Part shown: one piece after another, positions 26,201-38,774 of the stretch
Layout: every line of letters starts with the position of its first letter
Position numbering within the stretch: the first letter of the stretch is position 1
DNA from: Phoronis australis
Taxonomy: Eukaryota; Animalia; Phoronida
Reading direction: 5' to 3'
DNA length: 64,000 bases
Assembly (NCBI GenBank): GCA_002633005.1
Contig: NMRA01000048.1
Location: 812,416-876,415 of the forward strand
Translations under genes and position numbers: made by a program
The notes under the pieces: generated by a model
What the model was told of the DNA's origin: nothing
Seen by the model: only the letters and a program-made list of their open reading frames with translations
Database searches by the model: none

Positions 26201-28644
26201 AGAGGAATGGACAGTTTTTGCCTTATGTGATGGCAGAAATCAAGGGGTGGGTCTAAAATCATATACAACACTGAGAAAAATCTGCATTCAGTAGTAAAAC
26301 CGTTGATTTGTCAGGGGTATTTTTTGCCACATGTATTTGGCGACTAATTGCTTTTAGCAGGAAGAGATCTCTTCCTGCTTTTAGGAACTAAAGGTTTGGT
26401 GCATATGCAAATGGGGTTTATACCTTCAAAATGAGTTGACAGATGAATCACTTAAATTGCATATATGAATGATGCTGAGCTCAATTTTAAAGTGCCGGAC
26501 TGTGAGAAATCATGCTGAGCTCAATTTTAAAGTGCCGCACTGTGAGAAACTGAAATAAATCAATTTAGCAATGGTGAATCTTTTCTTCAAATCAAACAAT
26601 CAAAAGTGGTGGTGACCTTACACCTGTCTCAAAGGTCGAAGTTCATTCTTCTCTTTGTTTTAGTGGTCAAGGTATTCGAAATTGAGTTTTACCTTTAGTT
26701 AATCTCCTTTACATGAGTAAAATTGAATACTATATAAGTAAAAAGGTTGGTGTCCCATAAAGGTTCAATCATCCCAATACATTGCATGAAATTTTCTAAT
26801 ACAACCAAAAGTCAGTGTAGAGGATTTGCTTCCCATCTTGGTTGCCGTTGTTTTTTATTAAATGAAATGTGGAACCATTTATTTGAGCGGGATCCTTTAT
26901 CAGTGTTAGTTTATTTGATGCTCCAAGTTGTGATTGGTGAACCTATCAGAATGAACTTTAAACAAAAGTGTGGTTGTTTTTGTTTAAGCCAATTAGAAAC
27001 TTTATCCACTAAATCCCAGCCTTCTTTTCTTCAGGCAGTTTTAGTTGAACTCACAAGATTTTGCTTCGGTTGCAAACTCAGCATCCTTTTTGCAATAAAA
27101 AAACTTCCTGTTCATGCCTCGTTGAATTTGAAACCTGAAACAGTTTTTTACTTTAATTTATAGTGACAGCGGAATGTACTTTACAGAGTTTCTATGGTAA
27201 CATGGGTCTACCCTGTATGAATGAAATTTCACCTTAAGTAAACACAATTTCTTTTTAATGACTGGTTTCGGATTTGGCAGTTAGAAGCAAATTAACTAAT
27301 GTCCTCTAATTTACTGCCCATTCAGTGTGTAAAAATTGACCTCTGGCCTGCCTTGCAGCTGCAGTCAGATATTAGTCTACATTGCCCAGTCAAAAAGAGC
27401 TATCTTTGAAGTAAGATGAAAAATGAAATAGTTTTAAACATACATCTTTACTTGTGTTTTCATGTGATGTAGTTATTATGGTATGAACTCGAGAGGTTCA
27501 TCCAGAAATCAGTGAATGACGAAATTGCTAATTTACTCCCTGTTTGCTAAATATATCTCAGAACCCTATTATCCTTCTGCGCCTACAAAATTAGTTAACA
27601 TGCGTAGTTTTTCATAGCATTGTTGCATTTTGTTTCCTTTTTTGACTAAGTCTGTACTAGTAGTTGTAATGCTACTCAGTCATTCATTTTGTCACGAGGC
27701 CATGAAGATAGCATTGGCTTTTCATCAACACTAATGCTGACAAGTCTGTAAGTATGGAGCTATTGGTTATGCAGGACCTTATTGAGGAACGTGAATTCAA
27801 AGTCAAGTACCAGAAAAAACTAGGCTAGAAGAAAGACCAGGCATTATAAAAGTACTCTTTATACTTCCATGTCATTGTTGTTATAATGTGGCCACCCTTC
27901 TTTTTAAGTCAAGTTTTCATTTTTAACAAAGGAACATTCATAACACAAATACCCTTTAGTTGATATTAATGAAACTTTCTTTAAATGAAAACTTGCCAAT
28001 ATCTCTCAAAAACGCTGTTAGGATTTTTTTATTACTCATTTAGTTTGGTTTCTACGCCAAATTAACTCTCAGAATGTACGCCATTTTTGGCACAGTAAAA
28101 TAAAACAAGGAAAGTTTCAGTGAAATTCACTGAGCTGTTTTCGAGAACTCCTGTTGCTAAGTTCAGTAAAGTTGATTTGCCAAAGCCGAGAAAAAGCTGA
28201 AAACAACGTAAGTCTTGAAAATCTGACGCTTTTTGTTTAATTATTTGTAGAAAACTTGTTTTTGGTCAATATAATTCATACCACGTTGGTTATTTAAACA
28301 TTTATTTGCAATATCAACTAAATTTGCAGTGCTTAATTAACTTAATTATCATGAAAACATTTCAATTTTGTACATGGAATTTTCATGTACCTCGTCAACC
28401 TGGTCAAAAGGTGGAGTCAGCTCAAGTAGGCCAACAGTTCATTGTGTACACACCACGTGCCAGAAAGACTGATATCAAAAAGCAAATTAAGAAATGGATA
28501 TTAGAAATTGAGTTGGTGGTTGAAGCACGCTGTGAGCACGAGATCAAACTATCGAAACATCAAATTACTAGTGAAAAATGCATTTGGGTGAGGATTTGTA
28601 TTTTTCACAACTTGCTGTGTTAGTGAGCACTAAGTCACAGACTA

Positions 28645-28973
28645 CTGTGGCGACTGGGACTCAGTGCATTCATTCTCAACAGTCATATGTACACGGACCG
28701 CTGCGGTGACTGGGACTCAGTGCATTCATTCTCAACAGTCATATGTACACAGACCTCTGCGGTGACTGGGACTCAGTGCATTCATTCTCAACAGTCATAT
28801 GTACATGGACCACTTCGGTGACTGGGACTCAGTGCATTCATTCTCAACAGTCATATGTACACGGACCACTGCGGTGACTGGGACTCAGTGCATTCATTCT
28901 CAACAGTCATGTGTACACAGACCGCTGCGGTGACTGGGACTCAGTGCACTCATTCTCAACAGTCATATGTACA
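28645..28973. repeat. 56-bp tandem repeat, ~6 copies
   Basis: Unit GACTGGGACTCAGTGCATTCATTCTCAACAGTCATATGTACACGGACCGCTGCGGT recurs at 28652, 28708, 28764, 28820, 28876 and 28932. Confidence 0.95.
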
Positions 28974-29653
28974 CCAACAGACACACAACTCCCTCAGGAT
29001 CAAAATTATGGTTTCCTTTGGCATCTTTCTATAAAGATGCTTTGTACACCTAATTGACTCAACATTATGACGACTGTCTGAAAGGACTGGGGGTACATAC
29101 GGAAGTTCTCTAAGCCTGGCTCTAAGCCTGGGGGAGATTCGATTTGAGTGACAGCTCTGTAACCTCTGAACTTTGATAAGTAGTAAGCAAATTTCCATGT
29201 GGTTGAGGTTGGCCGGTGGGTCTGGGAAATCATTTTTTCTACCATTAACAGGCAAGATGTTGATTTTAAAGTTAACTAGAAATGAAGATAAAAGATTCAT
29301 ACACTCAGGTATTCAATATTACAAACAAAATTAAAATTCAGAAATAAAGTCCTACAAATCCTAAATTAAAATCATTTTAGAATTGCTTTCTGGGTAATAA
29401 CGTAGAAAATATTATTTACCTATTTATATTCTACATTTCTGGGTAATGAAATTCTGTATACCAAGTGGGAACTCACATGGCACCTTGAGTAGCATGGGAG
29501 CCTTTTTAAAACAATGTGGTTTGTCTGCCTTTCAAGTCATTATGTCCCACAGATACTGATGGATTGATGCTACAAACAGCTACATATTTTTGTATTTATG
29601 GAAATCTGAACCTCATCTTGTCAATTTGTCATCACAGGATGCTCTCGTGAATT

Positions 29654-29745
29654 ATGTATCTGGTACTAAAGTTCTTTTGGATTTTGGTTGTCGTGGTGAT
29701 CCCTGCAACTACAGTAACCTGGCAACAAGAAGAGTCAGACATGGG
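29654..29745 (+). CDS. Sulfotransferase-like protein, first coding exon (signal peptide or signal anchor)
   Basis: Encodes MYLVLKFFWILVVVVIPATTVTWQQEESDMG. Acceptor near 29637; phase-2 donor GG|gtaagt joins in frame to 37685. Confidence 0.7.
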
Positions 29746-32700
29746 GTAAGTTGACTACATTTTGAACTTGTTTCATGAGCATTTAAATTTCAGGGCTGCC
29801 AACTGTTACAGCTTGATCCATACACTTTTCGGGCCTAAAATCACTCTGTGGAGGTTTTTAAGTGCTTCGTATTTTGAGGTTATTTCTCTTCAAAAATGAA
29901 CTAAAAGTTTTGAAGATCGATGAAGAAAATTCCGAAAACACCATAAACAGTCAAGAGCACAAGATGTGACCAGCAAGATTTACACTGAGCATCAGTGTAT
30001 CGTGTTGTTTGCTTACAGGAGCATTCCCTTTGTGATTAGACAATTGAAGGTAGTTAGTGAATAAGTGAACAATGAAAAACGTGCTTACTTGACTTTGCAT
30101 TGTGATATATCATCATCTGGTTTGAAAATTCATTTTGAAAGAGTAATTTTGGAATTGAAAATTCTAAGGAATTGGAAAAGTTCTAAAAAAACGGGAAAAG
30201 CAATTCATTACATTTTGTCACGGATTTTAACACTGAAAACCTGCCTCTTCTGATTTTAAATAGTTGGGCAACTTGCTTTCATGTAGGGCATCTCTAAGTG
30301 GTAACCACATTAAATTTACTGCATTTCATTCATATGCAAGTTGTTATTTGTCAGTTTTCAGTGTTTCATTAATAAAAACACTGTTCTAAGATAGAGAGAT
30401 GCTATGGCTGATTTCTTGAATTATGATGACTTTTAATAAATGCCTTACAGTTTGATGTTGGAAGTTGTCCTCTGGGCATCTAGCCTTCTACTGTAGGGTA
30501 TTGGATATGTCTTGAATATACAAAAGGTCATTACTTAGAGCCTTGTGTGGCTTATTAGTGATTGAAAACAACAAGGAAATACTGAACCAGTTCAGTTCAC
30601 TTTGTGTATTAAGCCATTGATTGAAAAGTCTACCTGCAGTCACCCATGTCACATTTGAAAGCCCTTGAGTCAGTTAAAAAGTAATTTTCATAGCAGGTCT
30701 GGTGTGTGTGTTCTGTACAATCAAACCATGTCAATATGTACTCAGTTGTAACTACATGCAGAATTTTTAAATTAAAATATAAAGATTGCTTGCATATGAA
30801 AGTCTTTCAAAATTTCGGTGTAGATTTAATTGGTCTTTAGTTCTGGTCATTTTATAAAGAAACTTTGTACATATTCCCTGACCCGGCTATAGTCACTGTT
30901 TGTATTGCAACACCTTTGTGTTACAAGGGTTCCCTGTTGTGGAGATTAAATATCTATGATTAATGAGGAATTCATAACTGGCAAGGTTTTGGTGAACTTA
31001 TGGCCCATTAATTCCATTTTATCCTATTTGTGTCAATCAAAATGTCACTCTTTTTGACATTGATGGCCATGATGGTCATAATGATTTTAAATTTATTGCC
31101 TGTTTGCACTGGTTGTGTGTTTGTGATGGACATCAGCTTCTATGGATAGGAAAAAAACTAGTACTTGCCGGTAGTAACACCCAAGGCACTTAAAGTAGGA
31201 AATTCAGTGATCAAGGGGTGGGCATAGTAAGCTGGGCATGGTGCATGTTTAAAAATCGTGGGATGCCGTGGACATTTACCCAATTGGTCGATCTGCTCAA
31301 GCAATTGTCTTCTCCATTTTTACTCACATGTATGATAAAGGCCTAAAAAAATATTTGGTTTTGATCTGTGTACTGACTCATTTTGAAATCGGCGCGTTAA
31401 TGAAAGTGAAAGCTCCCTACTCACGTCGGTTCTATCCAAGGTCTTGAACTTTTTATTGAAAAAACACCACAAATGCATGCACGGGTTTAAACCTCGAACC
31501 GTGGTTTTAACGTTGTAGTCACTTCATGATTGCTTTGGGCTGCCATTGGCACAATGCCTCGCTCACATGAGGCAACATTTTGTAATGAAAGGTGTGATTT
31601 CCTCACCCAATGGCAAAGTCAGTGCTGCTTAAACTGATAAGGCAAACTAGTGCTCTTCAGCAGCTACAATTCTCACCACACATAATGATCACAAAAAACA
31701 ATATGGCACTTTGAAGGAAGTAGATGGTTTAAAATAGTTGGGGGATTTCTCATGTTGGCGCTCTCTAGAGTAATGAGAGCACAAAAGTGACTTCCGATTA
31801 ATACCAACTCGGATTTGGTGGACATAAATTCAACTACTACACAGTGGTTTATAAATTTAAAAGTACAGGAATAAATTCCATTTCCACTGTCACCCCCTCC
31901 CATTGTTTTATTAGTTGAATTTCACAATTTTTAAAGCTTTTTGACACTTGCTGGGGTCGAAATTCTCAGGTTTATCTGCTGCAATTACTGGCTTTGTCGA
32001 CGGATACTTATTCGCAGTGGGAAATGTATGGAACATAATGTCCTAACCTTGTTCATCAAGTGCCTTTCAGGTTTGCCTTTTTCGTAAGACATTAATTAGT
32101 ACGTATCACACCGTACAGCACCAGAAATTTGCTAGCATGGCAGGAAAGGTGCTAAGTCAATTGAAAGCTTCTGTCTATATTACAAAGTATCTGTAGGTGG
32201 CGCTGAACACCTGTCCACCGAAGACCTCGCCATCTGGCGCGGGTTAGTGAATTTCAGTGGGGCACAACTATTTTGAAAATCAATTATTGAGTATAAGCCC
32301 TTAATGTTTGCCAAGTATTGGGGTTACTATGACTTGAACATTTTGGAGGTGGGTATTTTAATACCCACCTCCAAAATGTACATAGTATTTTGATATTGGA
32401 GGTGTGGTTTGGGATTTGCTCTGTAATTTCGGAGACCAGCTCAGACTCCCTGTTGTGATCTTATCTATTTCGCTGAGGCACTAAACTCACTTCACAAGGT
32501 CAATTAAGATGGTAGAGCTCGGTTTGTTTATTAAATGATAAAAATGCACAAATTGAAATATTCAGGCACATTTCACTCAGCACTCAACGAATGGGAAGCT
32601 GAAACATTAACACATTGTCTGAGACTGGATACTCGTAGTGTGACCGTCCATAATGAATGTACCCCAGCATGTGAATGTACCCCAACATGCGGATGGTCAA

Positions 32701-33759
32701 GCTCACACCCTAAGCAGAATGTCCAGTTAATTGTCAGGAAGCCCCTTGTTTCCATGGATCCAACATTTTTATAACTACTATCATGAAATTTTCAACAGCA
32801 TTACATTTTTAAATCATCATGATAACTAAAATATCAAAACAATAATACGCTCATTTTTGATTTGTGAATGAAAGGGAAAGTTTGAAATTAAAACTGTCAC
32901 ACTATAGTCCATTCATTTTTGAATTTTGAGAATACTTTAAACAGCGGCAGTACACATATCTGTGATGTTTACATGATATCAGAGTGCAGTCACTATACCT
33001 TCCTGCCACAGAGCACCTTTGAAGTCTATCATCTGCTATCTGACCATTGATTTCCCATAATTATGCATCAATTCAATAAGCAGTAATTTGCTCCTGAATT
33101 GATTGACAAGAGGTCTCCATTCTCCACCGTCATTTGAGCGGACACAGTATGAATCCATTGATGAGAAGGTCCAATCACATTATTATCTTGAATATAATTA
33201 TGTGTTGTCCACTCATTAGTTTGCTAGTTTTCTTCCAATTTTCATCACTATTCAAAAGGCAGGTTTCTTTGTGTGTGTAATTACATAACTGTAAAATGTA
33301 CTAACCAGTCCACATCATGTGACTTGAAAAAAACATGATTATTGGTCAATAGGTCAGTAGAGCTCATATACGGTAAAATCTTGCCAATGTCAGACTAAAA
33401 AAATTGCCAAATTGTAGTCTTTTTCGTTTTTCAAGGCTGTCCAACATTTGTGAGAATGCCCTCGATTGTTAAAAAACAATGCCTGTTGGTAGCTATGGCA
33501 CAGAAATTGGTAATTGTTAATCGTCATTTTGGTACTGTATATCATTGATAAAAAAATAAAAAAGTAAAATATATTCTGTCTGCCATATTGTGTCCTATAT
33601 TGGTGAGATTTGTAGGTATTCTCCTAACAATGATTTTAGATAGTCTGCAACTGAGGCATGAAAGTCTTGTTAATTTGTTACCACTATTTTTCTAAATAAA
33701 TCCAACAGCCTGTGTTTATAAAACCAAAGAGTTTCTGTGGGAGAAACCTCCCAGTTGTT

Positions 33760-33856
33760 GTATGTATTGTATAACTCAGCCTCACTATCATAGTATGTAT
33801 TGTATAACTCAACCTCACTATCATCGTATGTATTGTATAACTCAACCTCACTATCA
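33760..33856. repeat. 33-bp tandem repeat, 3 copies
   Basis: Unit GTATGTATTGTATAACTCA(G/A)CCTCACTATCAT(A/C). Confidence 0.9.
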
Positions 33857-34749
33857 CTTCCATGTTGAGTGGTTTTGTGTTGACAACTGAAATGTTGGTA
33901 AGGATGGTGAGATGTGTATTTGATATTAGACCAGGTTATTTATTTAGTCTAGTGTAGTGCTCTAAACAACACTGCTGCCACTTGGGGATATCCAAGTGAC
34001 AAGTATACACAGATCACCATCTACAATGAGATGAAATAGATCACCCAGCGATCCTGGGGGTTACTTCCATGAGAAAGACCAGGGGTAAAATCAAGGGTGT
34101 GAGTATGCCAAAGAGCTTCATAGCTAACCCACAAGACAAAGGTTGCCTAAAGCCAGACTGTGACTTACCCTTCCTTTCATAAAAGTTAATTAATCCGTGT
34201 GGCTCAGATGCACTGCTGAATAAAATGTATTTGCTATAATTTCTCTTGTAACGCACTGATTTTAAAAATTCAAAGATGACTTATGTTTATTTTATATTTT
34301 GGTTGTTTGCCTTACTTATTGTTCATTTTTTTACTTTAAAAATATGCTAAACTACCTTAATTATCTCATCCAAAACATGCACATTCAGCCAAGCCCATGA
34401 ATAGCAATAAGCATACGATGGTGCCATGAAGCCTTTCATGTGCCAAGAAATGCTGGTGACTAGGGCGAGGGATGCATCCCTTCTCTTCCACTTAAGTGTA
34501 AGCAGTGTTTAAGTGTACGACTGAGTTGCCTAAATGACCAAGCAACATGATGACAGCCTCTGAAGAGCATGGTTGGTTGGTGAAAGTTGGAATGTTGAAT
34601 TATGGGATAGCATTTATAAAGTATGGAAAAGAATTCACTGTTTGTTTTGCATAAGCAAGAAATTCTTGCCGCAGATGTACAGCTTGTATCTTGGGTCTAT
34701 GAAATGCAGCCCACTTGGTAACATATAGTTTAGTCACTCTTATTCTTCA

Positions 34750-34922
34750 TTAAGTGTGGAACAAACAGGTCTACACTAAGTGTGAAACATACGCAGGTTT
34801 ACACTAAGTGTGAAACACATGCAGGTTTACACTAAGCGTGAAACATACGCTGGTCTACACTAAGTGTGAAACATACGCAGGTTTATTACACTAAGTGTGA
34901 AACATACACAAGTTTACACTAA
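34750..34922. repeat. 28-bp tandem repeat, ~6 copies
   Basis: Unit TACACTAAGTGTGAAACATACGCAGGTT. Confidence 0.9.
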
Positions 34923-36920
34923 ATTAGAGAATAGTTTACGTGACACGCGATTGCGCTCTCGTGTCACGTCAGCTATTAAGGTGTCCTCACGTTTGCGCAG
35001 TACATTTCTACACAAAACCAGATAAGTGCTGGTGAGTTCTTTTATTTGTCTATTTTCTGGCGCATACGTGTATTAGACGTTATTATTAGTTATCATTCGT
35101 TGTTTATATAGAGTTCAATTCACAGTATTTGTATATTCATTTTGTATGTTTCAGACGGACATTCGTCTTGCTTAATAAAGCATCGTTAGAAAAACCCGAG
35201 GGTTATTGTCTATAAATGTGAAAGGTACACAGGTTTACACTACAAACGTTATGACAGACTGCTTTCAGTAGAAAGAAGTGTAGGAATGAAAAGGTAGTGT
35301 GAAACCAAGCTTACTGCTCGCAGCATATGCACTCAGCACTGCAGTCTGTTCTGTCTGCAGACTTAACAATACATCATGATGAAATGTTATCTACAGTTCT
35401 TTGGTTTTCTTAGATTATTGTGAGGGCAGATCACGATGAAAATAAGTCCCTGATTTCCTCTGTTCTCTGCGTTTCCCTTTTCATATTTCAGTTTCATGTT
35501 TCCCCATGTTTTTATTTTAGTTTATCTTTTGTAGTTGTGTGAACAAAATTCTCTAATAAGAAATAGGTTATCTGCAGGGTGTCCTCATATTTACCATCAG
35601 GTTGATTTGCCTCTCTCACATTTTAATACCTTGATCAGTTGCCAGATTTGGTTTTTAGCTATCAAGTTTAGAAGAACTAAGTGACATAAAAATGATATAC
35701 CTGTATTGCCATGTTTAGCTGACTAAAACAGAAATTGAATTGGGCCTCTCATAAATTGGTCTCATAGTAGTCCTTACTGTGATTGGATATCATTTCCGTT
35801 ACCAACTCAAGTCACAGGCTATCCATACACATGAGCCATTTTTAAATTTGCAATTTTGGGATCATTCGCTTACCCCTCGAGTCGCCGACAGTTTTGATGC
35901 TTTCATTGGCCCAAAATAGAATACTGTTGTGTAAGGAATATTAAGGGACGGTCAGTTTTTAGCCAGCTGGAAGGGTGAAATGTGGCTTTGAATTATTTCA
36001 ACTGGTTTTTACTTGTCTACAATTTGACAGGTTTATTAACAAGCTATTTCCCAACATTGGACACACCCTATTATTGATATTTTATGCAAACCTGTATGGC
36101 TAACATTGCAAAGAGCCTGCCACCCTCTGGAGACTTACAAGAGCACCCCCCTTTACTGCCATCTCAGTTGTTAGCTGAAGTATTGCTGTTGACCCCTCTC
36201 AAGACATTTAAACAAGCACTACAGAGCTACCTGAGGGAGGACTGACACTTCTTCATATGGCAGTTATTTTGTTGTCTGATGGATAAAGGACAGCCAAATG
36301 TTGAACAGGCCTGCTTTAGGACACTATACATGTGTAATCAGTGCTAAGCAGATATCAGTTGTTACTGTGTTATTAAAGACAGGATATAAGGTTTGAGTGA
36401 CTGATCACTACTGGTTTTCACACTAGTTAGGATAATGCCCTATTGTTATTGTGTTGTTGCATAACTTTTTTTTTCTTTTACAGTAATTGTCAACTTATTT
36501 TGCACAAAAATAATTAGACATTTTTTGTTTTTCTGTGGCTAGTTACCTTTTTGCAAATAATGGTTACTTTAGAAAAAGTTATTTTGTGATATCTACTCAT
36601 TGCAAACCATGCTTTTAATAGACTGAAACGTTATTAATCTTTACTTTTGTGGAGAACTGCACTTGTCAGCAATCTAAGCATCTGTCCTAAATAAGTAAAG
36701 AATGACCATAGCCAACAATCAACTCAGAAGGAGACAGTGGAATGGTGATGAGGTCATCACATTTTGCCACACATGACTGTTTCGTCTGATTTTTGTCTGA
36801 TATCTGAATTAAAAGTTCTTTCAATTATTTCACTTGTGTCTTCATTAAGGTTTTATGTCATTGGAGATCTCAATGTTCACTACAATTACGTAAGCTAATG
36901 AAGACTTTCATTGACTTTAT

Positions 36921-37341
36921 AGCTGCATTTACAGGAGAGACAGCTGACCCAGCGTAGCTAACACGGAATTAGCTGCTCCGGTTCAAGTGTCTGTGTAAAC
37001 GCAACTGACACCGAGCAAGTGACACCGCAGCCAGCCGGCTAGTTAGTGAGTTATACCTCAGTGAGGTTATACTCAATCAGTTGCTCCAGTGTCAACTACA
37101 TCTCTTAACACAACTGTAGCAGGGCAAAAATGAATCACCTTTCAATGCACTTGCACAATAGTGTATATTTGGGTGATCAGCTGGCATTCCACATGGTTTG
37201 GACGTTTGCTATTGTTTATGCGAGCATGTGTAGATCGTCTTTGTGAAAGTGACTCATGCTGATCCAGTTTGCGATCTAATGTCGTGTAAGTGCGACATGA
37301 CAACTGACACAGTGACAACTGCCTCTCGTGTAAAAGCGGCT
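36921..37341. mobile_element. MITE (421 bp), copy 2, possibly PIF/Harbinger-like
   Basis: 23-bp imperfect TIRs AGCTGCATTTACAGGAGAGACAG and CTGCCTCTCGTGTAAAAGCGGCT; TAT on both flanks; homologous to 8637-9071. Confidence 0.8.
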
Positions 37342-37684
37342 TATTAGTGTGTCACCTTTGATACAATTTTGATAAATAAGTGTAAGAAACAACACTAAAG
37401 ATTTGATGTAATCTCCCTACAAATCATGGGTCCGCTTTTTGAGTCCACACCAGTGCTTGTGCTGCTGATGCACGCCCTGCTGATCAAAATTTAGTTCATT
37501 AGCCCATCTCCACTGGTTCTTAACATTTTTTTAAACAGAGAAAGATTGATAGAAGGTTTGTCTTGGTTAAGGTAAACATACACAGCTGTTAAGGGACAAG
37601 ATGGGTGGCCCCAATGTCAAGTGAGGGGACATGGTAAAGATAACATGATAAAGATAACACTAATAGTAATCCCCTTTCTTCCAG

Positions 37685-38774
37685 GATCCAGGAGAAAATC
37701 CAATTAAGGATAAAACAGTACAGTGAGGCTCAAGGGAAAGTGGACAAGGAGGCGCGACATAGGCAAGGACAGATAGAAACGCTGATCAAACACAGATTTT
37801 CATGGTTGCTAAGGAATACTTCACTACCGTTTTATTTCAAAAACAAGGATCGAGAATCAAGAGGAAAGTATTCTGTGTTGAATCATACAGTTGTAGCATT
37901 TGTTCATCAATTGGATGGTTCACGCGATACAATGAAGTTGTGTATGGAGAATATAGCAGAGAAATTTACTTTGCCAATCTCATTAGTGACCTCTGGTGAG
38001 GAAAAAGAGATGTGGGATACGGCGACTAGTCAGAATAATAATTATCGGAATAAGTATGAGCTACACTGGGGCAGTGACACTTTTGGTATATGTGACAGTG
38101 TCGACAAAAAGTGTTCTTATGCTGCAATCTTCCAGGACCCGCTACAAAAGATGATTGAATTGTATAGTTACTGTCAAAAATTTGTCTCTGATGTCATATG
38201 CGTATTGGATGCAAATGCTATGAGTTTGCGCGACTGGATTCTACAGATGGGTAGCTTGACTTTCTATCAACTAACACATCAGCCTCATATTTGTAATCAG
38301 CTCTTTGCCATGGAGAACAACAGTGCAATAAACAGGCCAGCCCATGTGATACCATGCTGGTATAAACACAAACAGTATATGGATAATAATGTCACTAGAC
38401 AAGAACGCCATCTGGTGCTAGAGTATGTCATACAGAATATGGATAAGTGGTTGTCTGTGATAGGATTAAAAAGTGAAATGACGCTGTCTATGAAGACTTT
38501 CCGTCATGTGTATGGTGAGCCGTTCAGGGAGTGTCAAAGATATTATGACCGTGGTCAACTGAGGACTGAGCAGGAGATTTTGGTTGACAACCATGCTAAT
38601 AAGAATGTTGGCTTCCGCGGAAACGATGATGAAGCTTATGATGAAAATGACCCAGAAAATTTAAAACAGGATTTGAGTGTTTTAGAAGCAATATCTGAGG
38701 ATACGAGGATCTATCAAAAGGCCAAAAATATGTTCAAAATACAAAAACAGATGCTAACGAACAAGTTAAAATGA
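37685..38774 (+). CDS. Sulfotransferase-fold protein, main exon (probably catalytically inactive)
   Basis: Open frame of 1090 nt after ttccag|. Motif order VAFVH.., GICD..CSYAAIFQDPLQK..LYSY and VIGL..E...S matches Golgi-type carbohydrate sulfotransferases. AATAAA at 38796-38801. Confidence 0.85.
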
